DNA from: Macrostomum lignano
Lineage: Eukaryota
NCBI GenBank assembly: GCA_002269645.1
Contig: NIVC01001269.1
Location: forward strand, 177,205 to 241,204
Reading direction: 5' to 3'
DNA: 64,000 nt
Shown: piece after piece, positions 1-11,300 of the stretch
Numbering within the stretch: the stretch's first letter is position 1
How the letters are laid out: the number at the start of each line of letters is the position of its first letter
Notes under the pieces: model-generated
What the model was told of the DNA's origin: nothing
Database searches by the model: none
Seen by the model: only the letters and a program-made list of their open reading frames with translations
Program-made: the position numbers and the translations under genes

Positions 1-1545
1 CCTACTGAGAAATCAGCCCTGAACCTACTGAGAAATCGTCCCTGAACCTACTGAGAAATCGTCCCTGAACCTACTGAAAAATCAGTCCTGAACCTACTGA
101 GAAATCAGTCCTGAACCTACTGAGAAATCAGAACTGAACCTACTGAGAAATCGGCCCTGAACCTACTGAGAAATCAGCACTGAACCTACTGAGAAATCAG
201 TCCTGAACCTACTGAGAAATCGGCCCTGAACCTACTGAGAAATCAGCACTGAACCTACTGAGAAATCAGTCCTGAACCTACTGAGAAATCGGCCCTGAAC
301 CTACTGAGAAATCGTCCCTGAACCTACTGAGAAATCGTCCCTGAACCTACTGAGAAATCGTCCCTGAACCTACTGAGAAATCGTCCCTGAACCTACTGAG
401 AAATCGTCCCTGAACCTACTGAGAAGTCGTCCCTGAACCTACTGAGAAATCAGTCCTGAACCTACTGAGAAATCAGCCCTGAACCTACTGAGAAATCGGC
501 CCTGAACCTACTGAGAAATCGGCCCTGAGCCTACTGAAATCAGTCCTGAGCCTTCTGAGAAATCGTCCCTGAACCTACTGAGAAATCGTCCCTGAACCCA
601 CTGAGAAGTCGTCCCTGAACCTACTGAGAAATCAGTCCTGAACCTACTGAGAAATCAGCCCTGAACCTACTGAGAAATCGGCCCTGAACCTACTGAGAAA
701 TCAGCCCTGAACCTACTGAGAAATCGTCCCTGAACCTACTGAGAAATCAGCCCTGAACCTACTGAGAAATCGTCCCTGAACCTACTGAGAAATCGTCCCT
801 GAACCTACTGAAAAATCAGTCCTGAACCTACTGAGAAATCAGTCCTGAACCTACTGAGAAATCAGAACTGAACCTACTGAGAAATCGGCCCTGAACCTAC
901 TGAGAAATCAGCACTGAACCTACTGAGAAATCAGTCCTGAACCTACTGAGAAATCGGCCCTGAACCTACTGAGAAATCAGCACTGAACCTACTGAGAAAT
1001 CAGTCCTGAACCTACTGAGAAATCGGCCCTGAACCTACTGAGAAATCGTCCCTGAACCTACTGAGAAATCGTCCCTGAACCTACTGAGAAATCGTCCCTG
1101 AACCTACTGAGAAATCGTCCCTGAACCTACTGAGAAATCGTCCCTGAACCTACTGAGAAGTCGTCCCTGAACCTACTGAAAAATCAGTCCTGAACCTACT
1201 GAGAAATCAGCCCTGAACCTACTGAGAAATCGGCCCTGAACCTACTGAGAAATCGTCCCTGAACCTACTGAGAAATCGTCCCTGAACCTACTGAAAAATC
1301 AGTCCTGAACCTACTGAGAAATCAGTCCTGAACCTACTAAGAAATCAGAACTGAACCTACTGAGAAATCGGCCCTGAACCTACTGAGAAATCAGCACTGA
1401 ACCTACTGAGAAATCAGTCCTGAACCTACTGAGAAATCGGCCCTGAACCTACTGAGAAATCAGTCCTGAACCTACTGAGAAATCAGCACTGAACCTACTG
1501 AGAAATCAGTCCTGAACCTACTGAGAAATCGGCCCTGAACCTACT
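1..1545. repeat. 23-bp minisatellite (CCTACTGAGAAATCRKCCCTGAA), about 67 copies, probably intronic
   Basis: 23-bp period read directly; array runs off the window start; variant order recurs at about 735 bp spacing. Confidence 0.97.
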
Positions 1546-1622
1546 GCAAAACTAAGCTGTATATATTGAGTAATCGCAACTCAACCTTGCAATCAACAAT
1601 CTATCAATGCCAATCACCGCAG

Positions 1623-4449
1623 ATACCAGTCTGGCTGGCTAATCTCTGGAATAGCCGTCTGGTGAACATAGTTGCCAGGAGTCTGGGCTCGCCATCAGCC
1701 TCAGCAGACAATGCGCAGCCCTGCCTACTTGCTAAATTCATTCGCTGCGCGATTGCGTCACAATGTCCACTGAGACCAGGGCTGGTGGAAGCATTTCTTT
1801 CTGGCTTGATCGGCTACCAGCCTGAGCCGCTGCAACAATTGCAACCGGATACAGAACAATTGCAACTGGATCAGCCACAATTGCAACCGGATCAGCCACA
1901 ATTGCAACCGGACCAAGAGAAACTGCAATTGGATCCAGAGAAACTACAATTGGATCCAGAGAAACTGCAATCGGATCCAGAGAAACTGCAATTGGATCCA
2001 GAGAAACTGCAATCGGATCCAGAGAAACTGCAATTGGATCCAGAGAAACTGCAATTGGATCCAGAGAAACTGCAATCGGATCCAGAGAAACTGCAATTGG
2101 ATCCAGAGAAACTGCAATTGGATCCAGAGAAACTGCAATCGGATCAAGAGAAATTGCAATCGCATCCAGAGAAACTGCAATCAGATCAAGAGGAACTGCC
2201 ATCGGATCAAGAGAAACTGCAACCGGAACAGCAGAAACTGCAACCGGAACAGCAGAAACTGCAATCGGAAGAGCAGTCACTGCAATCGGAACAGCAGTCA
2301 CTGCAATCAGAACAGCAGTCACTGCAACCGGAACAGCAGAAACTGCAATCGGAACAGCAGTCACTGCAACCGGAACAGCAGAAACTGCAACCGGAACAGC
2401 AGTCACTGCAATCGGAACAGCAGTCACTGCAATCGGAACAGCAGAAACTGCAACCGGAACAGCAGAAACTGCAATCGGAACAGCAGTCACTGCAACCGGA
2501 ACAGCAGAAACTGCAACCGGAACAGCAGTCACTGCAAGCAGACTCAACACCGAGCGCATCAGACGCTGACCAGCTGGGCCAACTCGGACTCAGCCGCAAC
2601 AACAGGAAGCGGCCGAAGCTGCCGCAGCCGCTGCAGTTGTTCGCCGAATCCAATTCTGACTCGGCTATCGCAGTGGCGGCGGAGTCTCCGCTGTCGAAGC
2701 GCAGCTTGTCGGCCAGCGCGCCCGGGTCGTCGCTGCCGCTGGTCACGGAGGTCAGCGAAGGCCTGGAGTCGCTGCGCCAGCTGTCGCAGCAGCTGCTGGG
2801 CGAACCGCCGGCCGACCCCGGGCGCGGTGCCGCCGCAAGCTTCGCCGGTGGCGGCACTCAGGTCAGCGCCGAGATTTGTTGAGTATAGCGCCACCTCAGT
2901 TAGGCGCTATGAGCCAGCACTCCAGCACTTCTGTTTAATCCAGTTTATTGAATCACCTTACTAATCTACTGACAAATGCGTCTGAATTTCTGGAACTTCC
3001 TACTGATCCGGCCTTCTAATACGCTATCACAAATCCTTTCTTAGAAATCACGCTGGGGTCTTCTGAGAAATCGCCTCGTTGACTTTCTGAGAAATCGCCT
3101 CGTTAACTTTCTAAGAAATCGCCTCAGCGACTCCTTAGAAATCGCCTCTAGGCCTTCTAAGAAATCGCCTCTAGGCCTTCTAAGAAATCGCCTCTAGGCC
3201 TCCTAAGAAATCGCCTCTAGGCCTTCTAAGAAATCGCCTCTAGGCCTCCTAAGAAATCGCCTCTAGGCCTCCTAAGAAATCGCCTCTAGGCCTCCTAAGA
3301 AATCGCCTCTAGGCCTTCTAAGAAATCGCCTCTAGGCCTCCTAAGAAATCGCCTCTAGGCCTCCTAAGAAATCGCCTCTAGGCCTCCTAGGAAATCGCCT
3401 CTAGGCCTTCCTAAAAATCGCCTCTAGGCCTTCTAAGAAATCGCCTCTAGGCCTTCTTAGAAATCGCTTCTAGGCCTTTTAAGAAATCGCCTCTAAGCCT
3501 CCTGAGAAATCGCCTCGGGACCTCCTGAGAAATCGCATCGAAGGGCCACCCGACAAATCGCCTGAGGTCTCCTGAGAAATCGCCTCGGGGACTTCCTGAG
3601 AAATCGCATCGAAGGGCCACCCGACAAATCGCCTGAGGTCTCCTGAGAAATCGCCTCGGGGACTTCCTGAGAAATCGCATCGAAGGGCCACCCGACAAAT
3701 CGCCTGAGGTCTCCTGAGAAATCGCCTCGGGGACTTCCTGAGAAATCGCATCGAAGGGCCACCCGACAAATCGCCTGAGGTCTCCTGAGAAATCGCCTCG
3801 GGGACTTCCTGAGAAATCGCATCGAAGGGCCACCCGACAAATCGCCTGAGGTCTCCTGAGAAATCGCCTCGGGGACTTCCTGAGAAATCGCATCGAAGGG
3901 CCACCCGACAAATCGCCTGAGGTCTCCTGAGAAATCGCCTCGGGGACTTCCTGAGAAATCGCATCGAAGGGCCACCCGACAAATCGCCTGAGGTCTCCTG
4001 AGAAATCGCCTCGGGGACTTCCTGAGAAATCGCATCGAAGGGCCACCCGACAAATCGCCTGAGGTCTCCTGAGAAATCGCCTCTAGGCCTCCTGAGAAAT
4101 CGCCACGGGGTACCTTAGAAATCGCATGAATCGCTAAAAAGGCATTTTTCAAGTCACGAATTCATTAGGGATTCATTAATAATCTTTCCAGACTCTGTTC
4201 CGGCGTAGAAGGAATCTGGCCGCTTCATCTTCGCTGTCGGAGACTACGAACTCGTCAGCTTCGTCCCTGCTGCCGCCTTCCACCGGGTTCTCGCTGTCCT
4301 CATTGACTAGCTCGGCTTCTTCTGGCTCGCTGCTCAACGCCGCGGTTGTCAACCGGCGAAGGCAGTTATTCGGCGGCGGCGGCGGCGGCTCCTCTTCTTC
4401 AGCTTCGTCAACGTCGTTACGTCGACATCGGCATCAGAGCTACAATTAG
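1623..4449 (+). CDS. 3' two exons (1623-2861, 4192-4449) of a multi-exon gene, tentatively cortactin-binding protein 2-like
   Basis: Acceptor caccgcag| at 1622, donor cag|gtcagc at 2861, acceptor tctttccag| at 4191. Both junctions are phase 0 and the frame is open to TAG at 4449. WLANLWNS...RCAIASQCPL resembles the remembered CTTNBP2 C-terminal motif W...LWN...A....CPL. Gene structure is fairly solid; the identity is tentative. Confidence 0.55.
1830..2538 (+). repeat. In-frame 21-bp (heptad) coding minisatellite, about 34 copies
   Basis: Units encode QLQPDQP, KLQLDPE, KLQPEQQ and SLQSEQQ with no stops inside the 1623-2861 exon. Confidence 0.9.
3045..4125. repeat. 23-bp minisatellite (GAAATCGCCTCTAGGCCTYCTAA) changing into a 71-bp higher-order repeat x8
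   Basis: AAGGGCCACC recurs at 3541, 3612, 3683 ... 4038; each 71-mer is three GAAATCGC-containing monomers; lies in the intron 2862-4191. Confidence 0.95.
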
Positions 4450-4465
4450 CATGCTAGGACTGGAT

Positions 4466-4499
<34 letters not shown>

Positions 4500-4682
4500 C
4501 CTTTTTCTCTGTGTGTTTACTGTTTACTACTTATAGTAGTTTTATTATTTTAATTAGATACTTAAAATCCCGACAATTTGCCAAGGCATCATTAAATGAG
4601 AATTCTGAAAGTGAAACGCTATTTTCAAACAAATGACATTACTTCCGATTGAAAGTAAGCCAGTCGTGGAACAGGAGTCAAA

Positions 4683-4813
4683 TAATCCCCATAGGAAATA
4701 GATAATCCCCATAGGAAATAGATAATCCCCATAGGAAATAGATAATCCCCATAGGAAATAGATAATCCCCATAGGAAATAGATAATCCCCATAGGAAATA
4801 GATAATCCCCATA
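4683..4813. repeat. 20-bp tandem repeat (AATCCCCATAGGAAATAGAT), about 6.5 copies
   Basis: Direct reading. Confidence 0.9.
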
Positions 4814-5349
4814 AATCTCTAAGTTAATTAAGATAACTCAAGTCAGGTGACATGACAATGAAAACGAGTGAGTCTGAATCAGAAGTTATGTTTCAAAATG
4901 TGCTACTGCTAAGCTACCGTGTGTGCTTTATTTATTTACTATCCACATATTTTAGATAAATTCAAAATCAAGGCGTGCTTTTTCTGTATTTTTTATTCTT
5001 CCAGCTCACAATATACCATAATTTTTCTTTCGCTCTACTTGCTCTACTAGGTGTAAGTAGCATATAATTTAGCTTTTATCTAGATATCATTTTTTATTTC
5101 GACGCAGTTTACAGGGCATACTATGAAGGCGCCAGGTTTTCTAAATCGCTTAAATTACAGATAGAAAATGTTCTGCTTGCAATTCGGTTTAGAATATACA
5201 TATCTTATTGCCTGATTGGCCATGTTAATACCTTTTGTTGTACTTGATTGTTGCCTTGGTATATTTTTTTAAATTTTGGTAGTTATTAATTGAATGTAAG
5301 TTCAACATAATCCGCCCTGTCCTTCCTAAAAATCGCTCCTGCATAAAAA

Positions 5350-6290
5350 AACACCCTCTCCTTCATAAGAATTCTCCTCTCCTTCATAAGAATTCTCCTC
5401 TCCTTCATTAAAACTGTCCTCTCCTTCATTAGAATTGTCCTCTCCTTCATTAGAATTGTCCTCTCCTTCATAAGAATTCTCCTCTCCTTCATAAGAATTG
5501 TCCTCTCCTTCATTAAAACTGTCCTCTCCTTCATTAGAATTGTCCTCTCCTTCATTAGAATTGTCCTCTCCTTCATAAGAATTGTCCTCTCCTTCATAAG
5601 AATTGTCCTCTCCTTCATAAGAATTGTCCCCTCCTTCATTAGAATTGTCCTCTCCTTCATTAGAATTGTCCTCTCCTTCATTAGAATTGTCCTCTCCTTC
5701 ATAAGAATTGTCCTCTCCTTCATAAGAATTGTCCTCTCCTTCATAAGAATTGTCCTCTCCTTCATAAGAATTGTCCTCTCCTTCATTAGAATTGTCCTCT
5801 CCTTCATTAGAATTGTCCTCTCCTTCATAAGAATTGTCCTCTCCTTCATTAGAATTGTCCTCTCCTTCATAAGAATTGTCCTCTCCTTTATAAGAATTGT
5901 CCTCTCGTTCATAAAAATCACCCTCTCCTTCATAGGAATCGTTCCTAAATCGTAAGAATCCTCCTTCACAAGTATCGCTTCTTCTTCATAAGAATCGCCC
6001 TCTCCTTCAAAGGATCGCTCCTTGTTCATTAGAATCGCCCTCTCCTTCATTAGAATCTCTCCTTCTTCATAAGAACCGCCCTCTCCTTCATAGAAATCGC
6101 CCTCTCCTTCATAGAAATCTCTCCTTCATAAGAATCTCTCCTTCTTCATAAGAACCGCCCTCTCCTTCATAGAAATCGCTCCTTCTTCATAAGAATCGCC
6201 CTCTCCTTCATAAGAATCTCTCCTTCATTAGAATCAGCACTCTTTCATAAAAATCCCCCTGTCCGTCATGAGAATCGCCCTGTTCTCCCT
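5350..6290. repeat. 21-bp minisatellite (AGAATTGTCCTCTCCTTCATW) directly upstream of PDCD10
   Basis: 21-bp period; degenerates to AGAATCGCCCTCTCCTTC towards 6290. Confidence 0.95.
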
Positions 6291-6412
6291 ACGAAATCGC
6301 TCTCACGGTGCAGCTAACCTTCGCCCTCAGCCAGCGCACAAGGTCCTGAATTGCCGGTGCGAACTCAAAGAAGACACAGCCAGCAATAGAAAGCAGCCCA
6401 GCTGTCAAAGCA

Positions 6413-7126
6413 ATGTCGGCCTACAACAGAGGCGGAATGGCTGTGCCCGGCAACTCGGAGGACGACCTGTCATCAGCTGGCCAGTCCGCGGCCCCCAGCC
6501 CGGCAGTGAGGGAGAGCATGGTGCTGCAGTACCTCATCCAGCCAGTCATCGCCAGCCTGGAGCCGATGTCCGCCTCTCATGCCACCACACTGCGGCAGGC
6601 GTTCAACAGAGTGGAGCAGCACAACCCCGGCTTCTGCTGCGCATTCGTTGAGAACCTGCTGAGGCGCGGCGATCTGGACGTGAATAACGACATTAACTTT
6701 CACGAGACTCTGCTCAGGCTGGCCTATGAAGAGGAGCGGCAGGCCCCCGCCGCTGGCCCTTATAATCCTGCCGCCAACCCGCACCTGCTGCAGCTGGAGA
6801 AGCGGGCCAAGATGCTCAAAGAGATTCTCAGCGGCATACCTCAGCTCATTGGAGACCGGAAACGGTTCCTGGAAGCCATCAAAGACATCGCCAACGCCAT
6901 CAAGGAGATGCTGGACACGGTCAGTTTGGTCACCGCGTCAATCGGCAACGCCCAGCGCAAGCAGTCGCTCGACCAGCAGAAGAAAGATTTCATTAAATAC
7001 TCGAAAACTTTCTCCAATAAATTGAAAACATTTTTCAAAGACAATTCCAAAACTGATGTGTACATCAGCGCCAATCAGCTGATCTACCAGACCAACCTCA
7101 TTCTCAAGGCTGTTCGAGACTACTGA
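6413..7126 (+). CDS. PDCD10: Programmed cell death protein 10 / CCM3, single exon, 237 aa
   Basis: NFHETLLRLA, DRKRFLEAIKDIANAIKEMLDTV, QKKDFIKYSKTFSNKLKTFFKD and SANQLIYQTNLIL match the CCM3 dimerisation and FAT-homology domains; AATAAA near 7226. Confidence 0.95.
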   Translation: MSAYNRGGMAVPGNSEDDLSSAGQSAAPSPAVRESMVLQYLIQPVIASLEPMSASHATTLRQAFNRVEQHNPGFCCAFVENLLRRGDLDVNNDINFHETLLRLAYEEERQAPAAGPYNPAANPHLLQLEKRAKMLKEILSGIPQLIGDRKRFLEAIKDIANAIKEMLDTVSLVTASIGNAQRKQSLDQQKKDFIKYSKTFSNKLKTFFKDNSKTDVYISANQLIYQTNLILKAVRDY

Positions 7127-7687
7127 TAATCGATTTATTGAACTTCACTGCTGCACAGAGGCTCCAAAATCGTAAACAAATTATGGTTTTTCTAGAAATC
7201 AGCAAACTTCAAAATATTTGGTTAATAAATAAACAAAATGCAAAATGTTTAACATGGTTTCGTGATGTTATGCTGTTTCGTATTTCCATTTTTTATGTTA
7301 CGTTTTATCCAGTCTAATGTTTAATCATGTTTTCTAAGCGCTCCCCATTTGTTAATTAAATACGGATATTTTTAAACAAAAATTGCAACAAATGCTGCCC
7401 GCCTCATTCACACTACTTATAGTAAGTAGAACGCGTATCGGTAAAGATCAAAATGGTTGATAATTTGTTTTGTAAAACGTTTGCTTCAATCAGAATTAAT
7501 AAACCAGGTATTTAAATATTTTGAGGATCTGAAATCGGCCTTATTTATTATTTCTGTTATATAAATATTTATTATATATTATTCAATGCTTAACTTTATA
7601 GCAAAGCTTATTGTCTTGTTTATCAATAATATTTTAGCCACTAGGTATGTTGATTAGCACTATATATTTGATGCTATACTTCTTCAG

Positions 7688-8325
7688 GCTAGATTAGCAA
7701 TCCATTAGATTCCTTATTAACTCGGACTAGATTAGCAATCCATTAGATCCCTTATTAGCTCGGACTAGATTAGCAATCCATTAGATTCCTAATTATCTCA
7801 GGCTAGATTAGCAACCCATTAGATTCCTTATTAACTCGGACTAGATTAGCAATCCATTAGATTCCTAATTATCTCAGGCTAGATTAGCAACCCATTAGAT
7901 TCCTAATTATCTCAGGCTAGATTAGCAATCCATTAGATCCCTTATTAACTCGGACTAGATTAGCAATCCATTAGATCCCTTATTAACTCGGACTAGATTA
8001 GCAATCCATTAGATCCCTTATTAACTCGGGCTAGATTAGCAATCCATTAGATTCCCTATTAACTCGGACTAGATTAGCAATCCATTAGATTCTTTATTAT
8101 CTCAGGCTAGATTAGCAATCCATTAGATTCATTATTATCTCAGGCTAGATTAGCAATCCATTAGATTCCTTATTATCTCAAGCTAGATTAGCAATCCATT
8201 AGATTCCTTAATATCTCAGGCTAGATTAGCAATCCATTAGATTCCTTATTATCTCAAACCAGATTAGCAATCCATTAGATTCCTTATCCTTATTAACTCG
8301 AGCTAGATTAGCAATCCATTAGATT
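7688..8325. repeat. 38-bp minisatellite (CTAGATTAGCAATCCATTAGATTCCTTATTAACTCGGA), about 17 copies
   Basis: 38-bp period; ends about 40 bp before the ARMH3 start codon. Confidence 0.95.
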
Positions 8326-8364
8326 CCGTATTCATCACTGGTTTATAACTGCACTTCAGGCGCA

Positions 8365-11300
8365 ATGCATTTTGAAGCAAATGACGATCTGCTCAAAGGC
8401 AAGCAACGTGCTCAGTCGCTTAAAGTCGGGATGAAAGAGAAAGTTGTGCAACTCTACGATAGGCATTTCTCTGTGAGTTAGTTGCATTATAGTTTTCAGT
8501 AATTAAGTAAGTATGCTGGCTTTATGAGAATTTCTCTAATAAAAGAATACTTCAGTACTTTGTTTTTTAATAAAATTGTATATGCTATACTACTTTTTTT
8601 ACTAACAGTAGAGTAGTTAGAATGTTTTGCGTATTCTTGTGTATTTGAAAGAAAATGTCGCAATTAAACAGGGCGAAGACATCTCTGGCGGATCGGACAG
8701 TTTCTGGAACGAATTCTTTCTTTTGCGTGCCAACGTGCGCTACCTTCAGGCGCATTTCGAACGATGCGCCTGGGACGAATTGGCCTGCCAGAAGCCCGCA
8801 ATCCGGCGCTTATTTGGCCACTGCACAGCGCCGCTGCAAAATCATCCAGCCATGGGCCAGGACGCCATTCGCCAGGCCAACGCATTGCAAACTCTCGCCT
8901 CTCTGATTCGAGGAGCTTTCAGCTGTCCGCCGACTGCTGTGGCCGCGGCCGAGGCGGCTGCAGTCGTCGGCGGCGGCGGCGTCAGCGTCAACGTCGGGGA
9001 CGTCGACGAGCAGCAAATGGACAGTCAGCGCCCGAATCATCCGAATCTGGATTTGCTGATGCCGCCTAACGATGCGGAGTCTATTATGCAGGTATGTGCC
9101 GATATGTTGTATAGACAGTTTTATTGGCTTGTTTAAACAGGAATCTTGCTGATCAGTGATCAATACTAATCAACATTCTAGCCGATATGTTGTGTAGACA
9201 TCTTTATTGGCTTGTTTAAACAGTAATCTTACTGATCAATACGAGTGCTAATCATCACGCTAGCCGATATGTTGTGTAGACAACTTTATTTGATTGTTTA
9301 GATAGCATTTTTACTGATCAATACTAATCAACATGCTAGCCGATATGTTGTGTAGACAACTTTATTGGGTTGTTTAGATAGCAATTTCACTGATCAATAC
9401 TAATCAGCATGATAGCCGATATGTTGTGTAGACAATTTTATTGGCTTGTTTAAACAGTAATTTCACTGATCAATACTAATCAACATGCTAGGCGATATGT
9501 TGTGTAGACAACTTTATTGGGTTGTTTAGATAGCATTTTCACTGATCAATACTAGTCAGCATGATAGCCGATATGTTGTGTAGACAACTTTATAATGATC
9601 AAACCTAATTGCTTTTTCTGAAATTTAGGTTCGAAAAATAGCTTACCAATATGTTTCGTATTTAACTTTTTGAAGTACAAAATATTTACCATAATTAGCC
9701 AGAAAAAAACACTTGCTGAGATTTTTCAACTATTGGGAATTTCAAACTGCTAACTGTAAAACTCGCATTTACGAGCCGTGAAAGCGATTAATCTTGAATT
9801 TTTATTATAATTCGATCTTGCTACTTGCAGTAAGATGAGAGTAAATTGTTGGAAATTTAAATAAAAACAATTGCAGGATCTTCTTCACCGCCTCGCCTGT
9901 TGTTTATCCGACGATGTAGTCCAGCTTCCAATTAAAGCGCTGGCTATTAACCTGCTAGTTACTATGGCAACTGCCTGCGATCTACAATACAACCCCATGC
10001 TGAGCTACCTGGTCTCCAGTCGGGTGTTCGACTGCTGCCTGCAGCTTTTCGCCTCCACTGAGCTGCGGCGAGAGTTTGGCGACTCCGTTTGCACCCTGCT
10101 GGCCATCATGCTGCAGGCGCACCGGCACAATGTACGTGTCTGTGTGTGTGTGTGTGTGTGTCTGCTTGTCCTGTCTGTCTGTCTGTCTGTCTGTCTGTCT
10201 TTCTGTCTGTATTTGTGACTGTCTGTCCGTCTGTCTGTCTGTCTGTCTGTATTTGTGACTGTCTGTCCGTCTGTCTGTCTGTCTGTCTGTATTTGTGACT
10301 GTCTGTCTGTCTGTATTTGTGACTGTCTGTCCGTCTGTATTTGTGACTGTCTGTCTGTCTCTATTTGTGACTGTCTGTCTGTCTGTCTGTCTGACTGTGT
10401 GTCTGTCTTTGTGTGTGTGTGTGTGTGTTTGTGTGTCTGCTTGTTTGTGTGTGTGTGTGTGTGTGTGTGTCTGTGTCTGTGTGTCTGTCTGTCTTAGTGT
10501 CTGTCTGTCTGTCTCTCTGTCTGTCTCTCTGTTAGTCCGTATTTTCACCGATGTATCTGTCTATTAATGTATCTTAAGAATTAAAAAGCTGCCGTAATCT
10601 TTCAGATGGTGAACCCTTGCCTAGTTAAGCTTGCGGTTTTGGACGACAATCTCGTGCTCAATGTGAGCTGAGTGTAAAAATCAACAATCTGTACACGTAT
10701 GTGTAATATGTATGCGTATTCGTTAATGTGGAATATTTTTAATACTATTTCAGGGCTTTTCCTACGTGTTGTCACTCTCACTAGCGCAGTATAATGAGTG
10801 AGTCTAATAGAGGACTTTTGTTTTATTTAGTTAAAAATGTCTGTTTTTTAAACGTAGTGTAACTTTGCTTTATAACAAATAAACTTGTTTTCCTGAAGAC
10901 TCTACAGACGAAAAGTTCGTGAACCGAAAGGTCTCTTCTATTCGCTTTCAAATATGGTAAGTAGTTTATTTAGTAGTATAATTCGGTTTCAACAAACTTC
11001 CTAATGTGTGCTTGTAATTCATTGGCATTCTGATTCTTTCAGGTTGGTCACATTTTGGTTGGTGAAGAAAAACAACTGGAACGTATTGAGTAAGTTTCTG
11101 TTTACTGAAGTTTTGCTACCCCATTCCCAATATACGAACTATAAACTAACTAGGACCAGCCTCAGCCCCACCACCCCATTCCCAATGTACACACCAACTC
11201 TAGGACCAGCCTCAGCCCCACCACCCCATTCCCAATGTACACACCAACTCTAGGACCAGCCTCAGCCCCACCACCCCATTCCCAATGTAGGACAAACCTC

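Noticed and set aside
1-1545. Regular arrays (also 7688-8325, 39905-41398) as CRISPR
   Set aside because: Units are head-to-tail with no unique spacers, there are no cas genes, and the context is eukaryotic
1738-2894. Minus-strand ORFs (VAVSAVP, CCSDCS, 111-aa ORF)
   Set aside because: Antisense shadows of the plus-strand exon and its repeat
4180-4440. Minus-strand acidic exon (DEAEEEEPPPP...KDY*)
   Set aside because: An in-frame stop follows the only acceptor; the plus strand gives a clean phase-matched terminal exon
5286-6050. 254-aa (ILMKERT)n ORF
   Set aside because: Stop-free reading of a 21-bp minisatellite with no splice or homology support
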